64,000 nucleotides of DNA, taken from assembly GCF_009914755.1 (NCBI RefSeq), contig NC_060934.1. One strand, given 5' to 3'. Position 1 is the stretch's first letter. The number at the start of each line of letters is the position of its first letter. The stretch comes from the human T2T-CHM13v2.0 reference genome, Homo sapiens. Both the position numbers and the translations under genes were made by a program. This document shows, piece by piece, positions 36,760 through 52,418 of the stretch. The notes below the pieces were generated by a model that saw only the letters and a program-made list of their open reading frames with translations, was not told the origin of the DNA and searched no databases.

Positions 36760-37445
36760 TCAATGATTCTCAAAATGTAATATGCATATGAGTCACCTGG
36801 GGATCTTTTAAAAATGCAAATTCTGATTTGGTAGTTCTGAGGTAGAGTCTGAGATTCTACAATTCTAACAATTTCACAAATGATGCCACTCAGTGGACCA
36901 TACTTTGAGTATCAAGGGCTTCTGCCTTTCCCTTAACACTTGCATTAACTTTTCCTTTCCCTCTGTGGTGGCGAGCCTCCAAGATGGCCCCTCATCTTGG
37001 ATTCCCATATCCTGGTGCCCACATCTTTGTGTAGTTTCCTTCCACATTGGGTAAAGTTGACAGTGTGTGACTTCCAAGACATTGTGACTTCCATCTTGCT
37101 CTTTCCTTGAAGAAGGAATAAGGGGGAAGCCAATTGTCATGTTGTTAGGACACACAAACAGTCCTATGAAAAAGTCCAGATGGCCAGAAAAAAAGGCCAT
37201 TCTGCTGTCCATGTAAGCGAAGTGTTTTAGAAGTGGATCCTCTATCTATAGTAAAGACTTCATATGACTGCAACCCTGGCCGACATTTTGACTGCAACTT
37301 TATGAAAGACCTCAAGGAAGAACCACCCGGCTAAGATGCTCACAAATTCCGGACCCACAGAAACTATGTGAGATGATAAATGTTGATTGTTGATTTAAGC
37401 TGCTATGGGTTAGGGTAATTTGCTTTGAAGCAATACATAATAGAC
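36760..37445. mobile_element. MER5-type element (~36760-36915) and MLT1 LTR (~36964-37445)
   Basis: gagtcacctggggatc...tgcaaattctgatt; tgtggtgg..agcctccaagatggcccc...gcaatacataa. Confidence 0.7.
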
Positions 37446-39265
37446 CCACTAACTCTTTCACATCTACCTTCAAGCATGCAGAGATCACATTTGGAAAAAT
37501 CACAGGCCCTCTTTTAGTTCCTATCTCATGCCCCTTCCTCCCCAGCATTTTCCAAAGTGTGATAAGCACTGCTTGACTCCATTTAATTTACCCATTTATC
37601 TTTCACTATGTCTTATTTACCCATCACCCTTCTTAAACACTATCCTTGAAGGTAGCACCTCACTAATTCTGATATCCATTTCCTGTTCCTTATTCCCTTA
37701 GATCCCTGTTGCAAAATACATCTTTTTGAAGCTATTTTCCTACCTAAAGCTCTCACTTTTCTTTGCTGCCACTACACAAAACACTCTTGGTATTCCACTT
37801 ACTTTCCCACCCATGACCCATCTTTTTCCTCATAGGTCTTCACTGTTGCTGCTCCCCAAAGCCCATTTTCTAGTGCCTTCTCTTTTCTCTGTCTTCCCCT
37901 TTCCTCTTTGGGAAGCAATTTGTATCTTACGGTTTCAAAATCATTCTCTCACATGATTGCTCTCATATCCATATTCTCAGCCCCATATCTCTACCTACCA
38001 CTAGGGAAGTTCCACTTGAATACCACATACATTTCATATATGTGTATGTCTTAAGCTCGGTTTACCATTCTCCCCTCCAAAAGCTTATCAATGTTAACAC
38101 CTTTAACTCAATCCACCACTCATAAATTTAGAGTTCATATTTACTCTTCTATTTTTCTACTTCTGTATGTAATTGCAACAAAGTTCCATGGCTTTTTTTT
38201 TTTTTTTTCTCAAAAAGTTCTTCTTTGGGTTTCTAGTGCTATCAACCTTGTACAGGCAGGCCCTTATTATTTTGGTCCTAAATACTGCAATAGTAATTGA
38301 ACTTGTTTCCCTTTCCTGATTCTGTCCTCATTCCATGTCCCTCCACTAGACTAATTGTCTATTTAATGCATCACTGTCACAATAATACTCTCCTGATACA
38401 CAACCTCTTGTTGCATTTAAGCTCAATTTCATGTTTCTAAGACTAACAGTCAATGTCCTTCACTATCTGATCTCAACCATTGGACTTAGTTGTATTTCCT
38501 TGCTTGGCCTCCATGTTGAGCATTTCATACTTATGTCCATTCCACATGCATTTCCTTACGATTGGAAGTTCTTCACCTATTCTTTTGCTTTTCCAAATGC
38601 GTCTTGCATTCAAGTTCTATTGTCTCTACAAAGTTTCCCTTACTCTCCGTCCATGGCAATGCCCTTTTGAACATCTTTAGCCCTTATCCTCTGCACCATT
38701 TGTTTTGCTTTAAGGAAATTTTCCTGAAATTTGTTGTTGCTGTTGTCTGCATGACTGACTGACTGACTGAATGAATGAATATCTTGCATTGCTACTTATT
38801 TGTTTTATGCATTTATCTTCCTACCATGAAGATTTTAAGTTTATGGAAGGTAAGACCAAATATAATCTTTCTTTTGCATATATTTTACCACCTAGTGCAG
38901 TATAATATCCCAAACAGAGATAATTCAGAGGGCAAGGATTATTTATTGACAGTGTGGCCTGATGCCTAGAAATCTGCATTTTTAACAAGTCTTGTACCCT
39001 CCTCCCCACCCCATAGGATTTTGATGTTCTGCTTGTGAGTAGGGATCTTGTCTATTTTCTTTATCATGTGTCTTCAGTGCCTGGCATATAGTAAGCATTA
39101 AGTAACATTTTTGAATTAGTTATGCAGTTGATCACAAACTATGTTTTGAAACTACATCCTGGGAGAAAGAGTAGGAGATTAAATAACACACTGAACTACT
39201 ATATGTTGCACATGTATTTGCATGTTGCAAAAATGTGTGTGAAATGTTTTGAAAAGCTTAAAGCA

Positions 39266-39560
39266 ATTTTTTTTTTTTGAGATGGAGTCTCACTCTGTCA
39301 CCCAGGCGGGAGTGCAATGGCTCCATCTCGGCTCAGTAAAACTGCTGCCTCCCAGGTTCTAGCGATTTTCCTGCCTCAGCCTCCCAAGTAGCTAGGATTA
39401 CAGACATGTGCCAACACGCCTGGCTAATTTTTGAATTTTTGGTAGAGAAGGAGTTTCACCATGTTGACCAGGCTGGTCTCGAACTTCTGACCTCAGGTGA
39501 TCCACCTGCCTTGGCCTCCAAAAGTGCTGGAATTACACGCGTGAGCCACTGTGCCCAGCC
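39266..39560 (-). mobile_element. Alu
   Basis: Reverse Alu; TSD ttaaagcaat. Confidence 0.9.
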
Positions 39561-41007
39561 CATTTAAAGCAATCTTAAAGTGTAAACTATTATTGCAAGA
39601 TACCAACGTAGATTTTTTTAATAAGTGTTAATTTCTCTTTTGTTGGGAGGTAAACTGCCCTAGGAAAGACAAAAATAATCTTGTAAGCTTACTTTTTAGG
39701 TTTCTTTCTATTTATAAAGAAGAGAAAAAAATCACCATTTTTTGTGCAAATCATAGACCTTTGAGTTAGAAGGGCACCAAAAGTTTCAGCTCTATTCCCT
39801 TTAAACAAATACAACATTTATTGCATTAGTTATGGGTGAGGAAATTGAGGCTTAGAAGGATTTGAAGATTTGCTCAAGGTGGAGATTCTCAAAAGTGTCC
39901 TCAGATACCTGCATCCTAACTTCCTGGGAAGTTTGTTCTAAAGTTTAGACTCCAGAGCTTCACCCAAAACTTACTGCTAAATTAAATCCTTTAAAGGAAA
40001 TCTGCATTTTTAGGATCTCCTCTTATGCCTTCCAGCATAGTGCTTCTCAAACCCTAATGTTCATCTGAATCACCTAGGAGTCTTATTAAACTGCAAAGTG
40101 TGATGTAGCATGTCTGGAGTGGGGCTCAAGATTCTGTTTTTGTTTGTTTGTTTTTGTTTTTCAACTTTTATTTTAGATTTAGAGGCCACATATGCAAGTT
40201 TGCTACCTGGGTATGCTGTGTGATGCTGACATTTGTGGTATGAATGATTTTATCACCCAGGTACTGACAATAGTACCCAACAGTTTTTCAACCTTTGCTC
40301 CCTCGGTCCCCTCTCTAGTAGTCCACAGTGTCTATTTGTTGCCATCTTTATATCCCTGAGTGATATGGTTTGGCTGTGTCCCCACCCAAATCTCATCTTG
40401 GCCAAGAAGCCAAGTTTTAATGGGTACACAAGTGCATAGGAATTGGAGAGTGGGGAGCGTGAGTTGACTATTGGTCAGGGACTGTCAACGGAAGGGAAGG
40501 AACCAATGATGGGAGTGAGAGCCCAGAACTCGGTGTTCGAAGTGGGTAATTTATGGGAGGGGCATACCTACGAGCAGACAATGCACTCAGACAAGGAAGA
40601 TTTGCACATTGGACAGAAGAGACACCTTTTTCCTCTGCAATAAGAACCAAGGAGGTAAGTAGGGGGTCTGATATGAGTTTGTGCATGTGTGCAGGGTGAG
40701 TGAGACAATCCATATATTTGAGAAAAGACAGTGAAATCTTTAAAGGTAAAAATAATAAAACCAGCTGTGGCACCTATTGGATAAGGAATTACTAACTGAT
40801 GATTTAGAAATTCCTTTATGTGCGTTAGGAGCTCATTTGTTATCCCCATTTTACAGATGCGCAGCCCCAGGTTCAGCAATTTGCTCTAAATGAGACTGTA
40901 GAGGCTAATTCCAGCCCCCGGCAGCTCTCACCTTAAGCTGCCTGGCTGAGGTCAGCAGTAAGTTACCTGGCAGCGTCCGGGGGCCTGCAGCCGAGGACAG
41001 GGCTGGA

Positions 41008-41026
41008 ACTACACTTCCCAGTGTGC
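41008..41026 (+). promoter_or_regulatory. ZNF143/THAP11 (SBS-type) motif
   Basis: ACTACACTTCCCAGTGTGC closely matches the ACTACAnnTCCCAGnATGC consensus, which is enriched at bidirectional CpG promoters. Confidence 0.75.
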
Positions 41027-41310
41027 CAGGCGGGGCGGGGCGCGGCGGGGAGGGCGCAGGCTCCTTCCCAGAAGCAAAAGCGGAAACAAAAGAGTCTCGC
41101 CGGCGTCCCCGCCCGCACACTCGCGCACACTCGCGCTCGGGCGCACACGGAGCAGGGACCGGCGCCCGGAGCGAGCCAGGGAGCGGCTAACCGGGGACCC
41201 ACCGCGCGGAGCCAGCCTAGCTGCCAGCGAGCCCAACCCGCGACGACCCACGCCCCTGAGCCCCGCAGCCGACCCCTGCCGGCCGGTGTCCCCACCGCCA
41301 TCCCTGACCC

Positions 41311-41334
41311 ATGGCGCTGAAGAGGATTCAGAAA
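41311..41334 (+). CDS. UBE2D1: UBE2D1 (ubiquitin-conjugating enzyme E2 D1 / UbcH5a), coding part of exon 1
   Basis: cccATGGCGCTGAAGAGGATTCAGAAA|GTGAGT encodes MALKRIQK, the UBE2D N-terminus, followed by a consensus donor and lying in a CpG island. UBE2D4 starts with the same peptide, but the nucleotide context matches my recollection of UBE2D1. No exon 2 (ELSDLQRD...) was found in the remaining 22.7 kb, consistent with a long intron 1. Confidence 0.92.
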
Positions 41335-43957
41335 GTGAGTGCCGGGGCCGGGCCTGGGGCTGCGGGGCAGCGGCCCCCTGCCCACGCTGACTCGGCCAGT
41401 GGTCCCGAGAGACATGCGGGGAGAGCAAGGGATGGAAGGGTGGGCCGGGGTGCGGGCAGGGAGCTGAAGGCTCGGGCCGGGCCAGCGGGCACCGGACAGG
41501 TGAGGTGGGAGCAGGGTCAGGTCCCAGGCGGCCGGAGGAGCTTGAAGGCTGGGGGCCCGCGCGCGTTCGCGCCGGAGCCGCTCCCGGAGCCCCAGGGTAG
41601 AGAGCCTCTTGCGCGTCCAGACCGTCCCGAAATCTGTGCTTCACGGTCACGGCCGGGTTTTGCCCTCCATGGGGCTAGTTTTGACCCCTGTCATGCTGTG
41701 TTTTCTCCAGGCTGTTTCTTAAGCCTGTCCTCTTTTATGTTCTTGCTTACCCGGCCTCCCCGGGAGGGCAAGGAAGGTGGGGTGGGCCTGCAGCCTTTCT
41801 CCGCGGAGCTGTCGGGTTGGTTCTTTCTCTCCTCTGCGGTTGGCTCTTGCTCAGTTGCCCGAATGGGCTGGAAAGCCCATTTGCGGCCAAGAAGTCAGGA
41901 GAAGGCTCCTGCCCCTTCTATTTTGGTGCCTCTGCTGCTGCCACTTCAGGTCACATAGCTGTAGCGAAAACATAGTTGCTGATACACAACAAGATGACCT
42001 CCTGGCTGTGATTCACGGTGAGTCAAGCCAAACAGGTTTTTTTCCCCCTCATGATAAACTTAGATGTAAAGTTCGAGACACAACATAAACTGTCGCAAAT
42101 AAATTGTTTTGATGCTTTGACACATGGGTATAGAATGAGGAAGAAATATATATCTTCATCCAACAACTGTTTACCCATCTCAACCCTGTGTATGGAATCG
42201 TCTTTTTTTCACAGTATTTATTGCCACCATTTCAGATGCGAACATCCTTCAGAATTCAGATTCGGGCATTTCTTTCTGTTCATTTTTATTTCTTGTTGGT
42301 CTGTGTACTGACCCAAGTTTTAGGTTTTACAGTTACAGTTCACACTGGCAACATTGAGAATGTGTTTGTTAAATAGGGAGTGCTTTTCACTAAGTTAAGC
42401 AACAATGGACAGTGTATTTTGTAGTTGTTTCAGAAGAAATTGATGCCCACATTTTTATCCACTTTTTTGACCAGGAGTCCATTATAGCAATAGTATATGT
42501 TAGAGCAGTGATAGTGACGTACGCATTGCATTCTGACTCGCCACTGGTGACATCTTTAGGTACAGAGGACAGCAACTTTTAGAGCCTGCCAGTTTTTTAT
42601 TTTCAAATTCTAAATCTGTGGATCACCTGTTATTTTTTGTGCCATTTAAAGGTCATCTCATTGTAAAACATACAGTTAACAATCAGCATCAGCATTTATT
42701 AAGTAATAATGTTTTCTTGTTTGAAGGTAGCGCAATTACACATTGTTTTATATAAATACCCTAATTTTGAAGCCTTAGCATCTTTACCATACCTTGCATA
42801 CTTATTAATGACGAAGTAATATTGGTTCACATTTGGATCAGAAAATGCACATCTTCCAAGGAAGTTTTCAAATTCTATTTCCTTCTTTCCTAGTTGTGAG
42901 AATTTTTCACATGATTTTGCACATACAAGAGCTTTTTAAATTTCATTGTGTTTTTTTAAGAGATGGGGATCTCACTATATTGCCCATGCTGATCTTGAAC
43001 TCCTGGCCTCCAGAAAGTCTGGGATTACAGACACAAGTCACCATACCCAACTAACAATAGCTTAAGCTGTATAATTTGTCCACAGTAAGTGGATATTCAA
43101 AGAAATATGAACATTATTTGTAAATACCACCCTTGGCAGTTCTCATCAATCACCATGCTGAACTAGTGTATTTGATTTATATTTATAATATGGCGTGTGT
43201 CCAAATCTTTTTAGTATTTATTGGTTATTAGTTTATAGAATTGTTGAGTAAAAAAAAAATTACTTACATAGAATTGATATCAAACATGTGACAAATTGAT
43301 ATTTTGGAAAAGAAATTGGGGATGACACACCATCACATCTCTGTGTGTTCATTTTTGGCTTCCCTTTCTGATATCAGGAAAATCGACTTACACAAATCTT
43401 CTTTCCATTAATCACACATTCAGACCAATCCCTCAAACCTTAGGGGTGATTATTTTGATTGATTCCCTACTTTTCCTCCTCCTTTACCTACCTCCTTGAT
43501 TAGAAGCCAATTCTAGGTTAGATGTGCCGCCTGCCGTATGAACAGTTACACCATCTTCTTTGATGTCATCAGTATAGAATTCTTATTTGAATCTTTCATG
43601 TTCCAACAAATGAAGATGTATACTAACTTTTGGCCTTTCTTCTTAAGCTCACTGAAGTATTAATATAATTTTCCTGTACCTATAGATGGTGGCAGGCCAT
43701 AGAGTTGTGTGGAACCTCAGATAAGTCTGCTGTAGTGTAGTAGAGGGTACAAGCAGGGGAACAGCTTCTAAGGCAGTGTCTTAGAATCACCTGTGGGACG
43801 TTTTCAGACTGTCATCACTTCTATAAATGGAGAGATGTTGAATCCCTCAGATCGGTTGGGGTGGAAAGAAGACTGAGGACCACTGATGTTCTGGCCTGTC
43901 CTTATTCAAGGAAGGATCCAGAGGCCTGGAGTGGAGGAGTGCTTTGTCCAAAGATAA

Positions 43958-44255
<298 letters not shown>

Positions 44256-45219
44256 ATAATCTCTTAATTGGCTTGGCTATTTGAGAGTGTTAAAAAGTTC
44301 ATGATTTCACATTTCTTCACTATGAAAAAGAATAAAGATGATTGGATTAAAATTATATGTAAAGACAGAGCATGGAGATATCAATGCTTAAAATATATTT
44401 TTATAGTAGAATAAACTAACTATACTAGAATATACTAAATGATTTAATGCTCTGATTTAGTGTGCCAGTTTTGCATTCCAGCTCATAAATTTACACACCC
44501 ATGCCCTATTTTTAAATAACAGTGAAAGATGTTATCGCAGTCACCTAAATCATTAAAAGAAAAAAAGTTTGAACAAAGTCTAAGGAAAGATACCTAAAAC
44601 ATGTCTGAAAAGAGGAGGACAGTTTTTCACCTAGGTATCTATTTTCTAGAAGTAATTTCTAAGTTGTTTCTTCTATCAATACTATTTTCATTACTTGAAA
44701 CACTTTTTTTGGGGAGGATTATTTTTTAAATTACAGGTGTTAATATCCCAATACCAAATGTTTTGAAAACTAAAGGGCAAAAAAAAGGAAATCCTAAAAC
44801 AGTCATTGTCATCATCATAGATTTTATTTGATAAAGAATTTGAGGTAATGAACATCATACTAGCATTATGTGATGTGATGTGATGTGATGTGATAAGTTT
44901 ATTTACATTTTTGTCTTTTGAAAAGTGAGGCAATAGAGTTCCGTTTTACAAACATAGCAACTCAGAGAACTATTCCTTAGTGTGTAATTCTGGCCCCCAA
45001 ATGGAACATTAGTTGTTTTTGTTTTTTAATAATCAATGTAATCTGAAACATATATAGAGAGACATAGATTAAAATCAAATTTGATAAATGTTTGAGCTGC
45101 TGAATTTTTTTGATTTGTAGAATTTTATGTTAAACTGTTTATGTCAGTCTAGAAAACTTTAGGATACTTAACCCAGCCCTCTATGGACGGAGCATCAAAT
45201 GGAAGAAGGAGGTCTGAGT

Positions 45220-45513
45220 TTTTTTTGTTTTTAGACAGGGTCTCACTTTGTCACCCAGGCTGGAATGCGGTGGCACAATCTCGGTTTTCTGTGACCTCTG
45301 CCTCTGAGGCTCAAGTGACCCTCCCACCTCAGCCTCCTGAGTAGCTGGGACTACAGGCCTGCATCACCACACCTGGCTAATTTTTGTATTTTCAGTAGAG
45401 ATGGGTTTTCACCATGTTGGCCAGGCTAGTCTCGAACTCCTGACCTCAGGTGATCCACCCGCCTCAGCCTCCCAAAGTGCTGGGATTACAGGCGTGAACC
45501 ACCTCACGCAGCC
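45220..45513 (-). mobile_element. Alu
   Basis: Reverse Alu consensus. Confidence 0.9.
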
Positions 45514-48500
45514 AAAGGTCTGGTTTTTATTCCTGGCTGTGTGGCTTACTAGCTTCGTACAATGAGGCTAGTACATATTTTCCATACATTTCCATACAAT
45601 GGATATGTATGGATATCCATACATATGAGGCTGCTGATCTCAAAAACCAGGGTGTTTGTAATCGTTACTCTGCCTTCTAAGTACTTGACATATATTAATT
45701 GACTTAATTCTTAGTATACCCAAGAGGTAGAAACAGTGTTATTTCCATTTTACAGATGATGATACTAAGGCAGGGAAATATTGAGTAGTTTACTCATGAT
45801 CACATTATCTAGTAAGTGACAATGCTACGATTCCAAAACAAACAGTTGGCTTCAATTCCACATTCCTTTTTTTTTTTTTCAGTCTTAGAATCTTTTATTT
45901 AATACCTTCTCATGCCCAGTTAACACAAAAATAGTTGCAGTTACATATCGCTACTGAAAGCTACCAAACTGCCTATCTGAAGAGAGAGTCAAGGATCCTT
46001 CTCTTCCACTTCTTAGGAGAGAATGATAGTTTTTGGATGTTGAAGAGAGCATTCACTGAGATTACTGAACTCACCAGATATACTATAAAGCTTTCTGTCT
46101 AATGTAGCCAGTAGCCACATGGAAACAAATTGGGTATGAAAATTTAGTTTTCAACCTTGAGCTTTATGAAATCTAAATATAGATCAAATATTGCTGACGA
46201 AAATTTAGTATCCAAATTGAGATGTGCTGAAGTGTAAAATATGTACTGGAATTTGAAGACCTAGTATACAAATCTAAATAATTGTTACTAATGAGATATT
46301 TATAAACATTTTTATATTGATTAAATTTTGAAATGATGACATTTTGGATAAGCCACCTAGTCAGGCTAAGACTCATTTTCTTTCTCTGTAAAATGAAGGA
46401 GTAAACGATATCAGAGTACTACTTGCCTTATTCTGTTTTTACATTCAGGTTCTAGAAACCAGACCATGGGCAGAGCATTTTCCTCCTTGTTCAGCAGAGC
46501 AAATTTGTGGGCTTTTAAAGATGGTAACATTGTTTCTTAAATCACTTTCCATAATTTAATATCAGTAATCTGTTTATAGAAGAGAACAGCCACATTCCCT
46601 GACAAAGTTTTGTATGACTTTACTTTTTATTTTGCTTTTAAGCTTGGCTGTAATATTATTACTGAACCTGTGACACTTCACTTAAAATGTCAAATCCTTT
46701 AGTGGAGAGAGTGTTATTTCCTTGTCTTAATCTTTTTATATGCCAATGATTGTGCCCCCTAGGATAGCAAATAAAATCTGTCAATAAACTGACTGAACAA
46801 TGCTATCCAATAGAAATACAATGTGAGCTACATTTTAATTTTAAATTTCCTAGTAGCCACGTTTTTAAAACGGGAAGTAGAAGCAAGCAAAATTAAATTT
46901 AATGTGTCTTATGTAATTCCATATTCTTAACCACTTCAGTACATAGCTTCTCTTATCCACATGAACTCGTATCTATTGTACTTAAACTGGAAGACATAGA
47001 GTCAAATGGGTTTATGGGATATAAGTGCTTTGCAAACTGGAATGTTCTATACAAATGTAAAGTGGTGTTATAATTAAGACCTTGGCATATTTGATCATTT
47101 TCACTGACACATTGCTCAAATGTGTTGATTGTGCTTCGCAAATCTCTGCTCCAAAGTAACACATGCTGAGATCGTTTAACATTGTAAATCAGTAATATAA
47201 CTTTGATCATCTTTGTTTCATCACTTTGAATTTCTCTCCTCCAAAAGGATTTTGAAACATTGGTTGTAGTTCATAAATGCTCTGTCAAAAGTATCATTGC
47301 ATTGTGAAGTTTTTATTTGAGATAACTTTTTGAATTGACAGAGTCATTTAGTTCCTGTAGTGGTTTTGAGTAGTAAACTGTTCATATTATGAGATTAAAT
47401 CCAAGACTCCAGTTCTTTCTAGAAAGAATGATACAACTTAAAGAAGCACGGTATTTATGCATTTTGGGATAAATGGTTTTCCTTGAGATGAGAGCGAGAT
47501 AGTGTTCTTTCTCTAATAAGCCACGATGTAAATTTTTTTTTAAATCTTTGTAATTAAGCTCAGTCTTTCTTTTGTCCTTGATACTGTATTTTTCTTTCTT
47601 CATCGCAATAGAGGTATAAAAAAATGAGGTAACCTATGACAGTTAAAAAGTTCTGAGATTTCTTCTCTGTGGAAATAAATAGCCTAGAACTAAATAAAGC
47701 TGTTTATGCCTATTTTAAGAAGCCAGGCACATATGAAAACCAAACCTAGCAGGATGTGGGATTGCCTCCAGGAAAGCAAAATAGCGTCCTTACTCGCTTT
47801 AGTTCCCTGAAATACGCATAGAAAACATATGGGCCCTTTATTTTCATTTAATGAGTGCTACTAATAGAAATGATAAACCTAATATTTAGCCATAAAACTG
47901 AGTTAATGGTCATCTACTAATGTAATAGTCCCTGCCTTTTTAATAGTGAATAAACTGATTACATTGAATTAACAACAGGAATTGAGATACTTATCCTCTC
48001 TCCTCTCCTGTGAAATGCTGGAATAAATGATACTAGAATATATAATATGACCATATTTGCAGTTTGGGAATTGGAGGGGTAGGTCCTCAGGCCACCTTAG
48101 CACATGTGTCTGAAGGCAGGACAGGTTTTATTTCTGGCCCATCTTGGTCTTGATGGTCTCTGAGAAGCTAAGGTTTTTCTGTGCTTAATTTGGTTCTGAG
48201 ATGAATCTGTGAAGGTTCAGTTTCACACATTAGACAATAACAGGCTGTTGTGTTCCAGGATTGTCCTTAGTATGGGGAGGAAGCTGCTATCTAGAAGCAT
48301 ACAGTCTAGTGCTGTCCATTCCACCATCATGCTCTGCATCCTCTTGTCTTACCTCTTTCTGGATGTATTTCCCACTGTCCTCTATTCATATGGTCCCGTT
48401 TGTATGGCTCATCTCTTTTAGTGACACCACAGTTCTTATTTAGATTCCTGGGTTTTTTTTCAGACTTAAGAAACTTCTCCAGTGGGGGTGAGCTGAGGAG

Positions 48501-48907
48501 TTGGTTCCTTCACCTTAAGCTTCCTCAGATAATAATCTGATTGTTCTCATTCTAGGTGGCCACCCTCCTTATGCGAGCAGAGTTTGGGAGTAGTATGGTT
48601 GGATTGTCTAGAGAAAACCAAGTGGACCTAACAAATGGTCTGGGTTCATTTTTCTTCTCTTCTCTTAAACCAGGAAATCTCTGGCTTGTGTTTTTGCTTC
48701 TCCCAAATTTTGCTGTATTTTGTTTTCACTTAAATTTAAAGATATTTTCTAGTTTTCCTTTTTATCTCTTCTTTGACCCTTGGATTATTTAGAAATACGT
48801 TATTTATTTGCCATATGTTTGGAGATTTTACAGATAGCTTTCTGTTGTTGATTTCTAATTCCATTATGGTCAGAGAACAAATTCTATTATTATTTGACTC
48901 CTTTTAA

Positions 48908-49203
<296 letters not shown>

Positions 49204-50960
49204 GGGACTTGTTTTATGACCCAGCCTTTTCAGGTGCTCAACAGCACTTTTGAATGAATGATGGTTAATAGTTTGTAGACTTCATTTTGGTATTTTCCAG
49301 TTGGTATCTATTGACTGTAGGTTATTTCTAAGAAATGGATGCCAAACTAAGGTGTACACCTTCCCAGTATCTTTTTTTTTCTCTTTTATGAGTTTCCAAA
49401 CAGTTTAGTGAATAATAAACATCCACTTTTTAAAATGGAATAGAAAATATTAGTGCTTTGCATATAGTAAGGGTGTTGTTTCATGAAATTTGTTTTAGTG
49501 TGTGTGTGTGTACTAGGTTGTAATGTAAAATCTTTTTCATATTATAAATTGCTGTAAGGAAAGCTGGAAAATCACTGTTCCATAACATAAGATCCTTAGG
49601 TAAAATTAATGTTAAAAATACATGCCATACAACCATACATATACATGTATACATATATAGGGAGAGCAAATGAATACATATACACATACACAGAGACACA
49701 CAAATATATTGATACACATATACACATAATGTAAACTGTTCTAGCCTTGGAAACGTTTGCATTTGATACAGACCGTATGCATTGTTTTCTTCTACAAGTA
49801 GCAGCATTTTAGTGACTGATGTACAACCATAATATTCAAGAATAATACTGGATGATACTAACAGAGAGTAGAGAATTTATTATGAAACACTCAAGTGCCC
49901 ACTATATGCCAGTTATTAGGTATAGAGCTGTAAGAAGCAATATTTAATAACAAATATTTGGTAGGTATTGGTAGGCATGTTCATGTTTTACACACGTTTT
50001 AATAAATAGGCAGCTAGGTTTTCTCTCTTTTTTCTTCCATCTTTTTTTGGTTACTGTAAAGTAAATAGTAAGTTTTGATAATGGAGCACTCAAAATGCTC
50101 CATTTGCATATTTTATGTGAAAATTCTATTTATTTAAGTTGTGTATAATTTCCTGTAAAGTTTTTCTTGACTCTCAGAGTGTCTTTAAACACAACGCTCC
50201 TGAAAGCTTATGAAATAGTATTCGTTTCTAACCTTTTATATGATATAAGCTCCTGAGAAAAGATAAGAATTCCTTCTCATTCCTTCACTTATCACACTTT
50301 TGTTTCTCTGGAGCATAGCTAAAAATGTGCAAATGGCCTTAATACAGTACTGGAGCATTGTTTGCTTCAGTGTTGGTTGAAAATAATGTGCTCTAGCTGT
50401 TACAGTGTTGAGGTGAGTATTGAATTGGGGTGGGAAGAGTGCTGGAGTAGAAGTCAGATGGTCTGTCCCTTTGTCCTAGTTTGGCTTTGTGACCTTGGCC
50501 AGGAGACTCAGTCTTTATACTCCTCACTTGGAAACTTAATGGATTGAACTTGATACTTTCTGTCATCTCTTCTGAATCATAATTTTAGGCAAACCTAAAT
50601 AATGTATTTGCTGTTTTTTTTTTTGCAGCAAACAACAGTGATCACAAAAACAAACACTGAGCTTTGGCACTGTGCTATGGAGCTATATTAGACTTGACTT
50701 AAAATTCCATTTACTTTGAAATATCAGATTTGAAATAAATGTTGACATCTCTTAATGTATAAGGTCAATAAATCTTATTCTCTAACTAAAGAGCAATTAT
50801 TTATGATGCAAATAAAATGTATTTCTATTATTGCACTGGTAACATAACGTGGTTCTCTAATTCCATTTAGCTTTTCTCTATTTGTTAGCTTTTGTACTTA
50901 AGATTGTTTTATCCACATATTTAGACAACTGCCATACACAGCTGCACAGCTGCCTTATAG

Positions 50961-51582
<622 letters not shown>

Positions 51583-52101
51583 AAGATTCAAGTTAATGCA
51601 TTTATCAAACACCTTCTGATACAAGGCATATATTAAATGCAGTAAGGAGATGCTAGTTATGTAGAAAAACAGGTATCACCATTATCTAAGAAATTTAAAA
51701 TTAATAAGTGTAAGAAAAGTCCTGTAACAACTAGATGGATTTAGGAAAGTACCAAACAGAAAATACAATATATTTAAACAGGAAGGGAGTCAAAGATGGG
51801 AGAGGCCAAATTTATTTGGGAAAATCAGGAAAAACTGTGGAGAAGATGGAATTTGATATAGGTTGGGAAGACTGGATAGCATTTTGAAAGACTTAGGGGA
51901 GCCAGGCTTGTAGAGGAAGCTACGGAAATGAAGACACTAGAATATGCTTGGCTTATTTGGGAAGGAGCAGATAATCCTGCTTTTGGGAATCGTTCAGAAA
52001 CAGTAGACCATAAAGCTTCATATTGTAGACAACCTTGAAGGCCTGTGCTGAGAAATATGTACTTAATGCAGAAGATTGGGGAAGCCATTGAAGGTTTTTG
52101 A

Positions 52102-52418
<317 letters not shown>

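Larger units (their letters stand above)
40900..41900. promoter_or_regulatory. CpG-island promoter of UBE2D1
   Basis: Sharp rise in GC and CpG content; tandem GGGCGG GC boxes at ~41029-41051; ETS-like CGGAA at ~41081; no TATA box. Confidence 0.9.

Noticed and set aside
37440-38780. Exon-like minus-strand segments (e.g. ENFLKAKQMVQRIRAK at ~38645-38725)
   Set aside because: The region looks like degenerate L2 ending in tgaatgaatgaa; cannot be separated from repeat.
40905-41650. Several long ORFs on both strands in the CpG island
   Set aside because: Expected from stop-codon scarcity in GC-rich DNA; Pro/Gly/Arg-rich with no recognisable family.
41311-41958. 215-aa ORF starting MALKRIQK
   Set aside because: Only the first 8 codons are exonic; the rest is read-through into a GC-rich intron after the GTGAGT donor.
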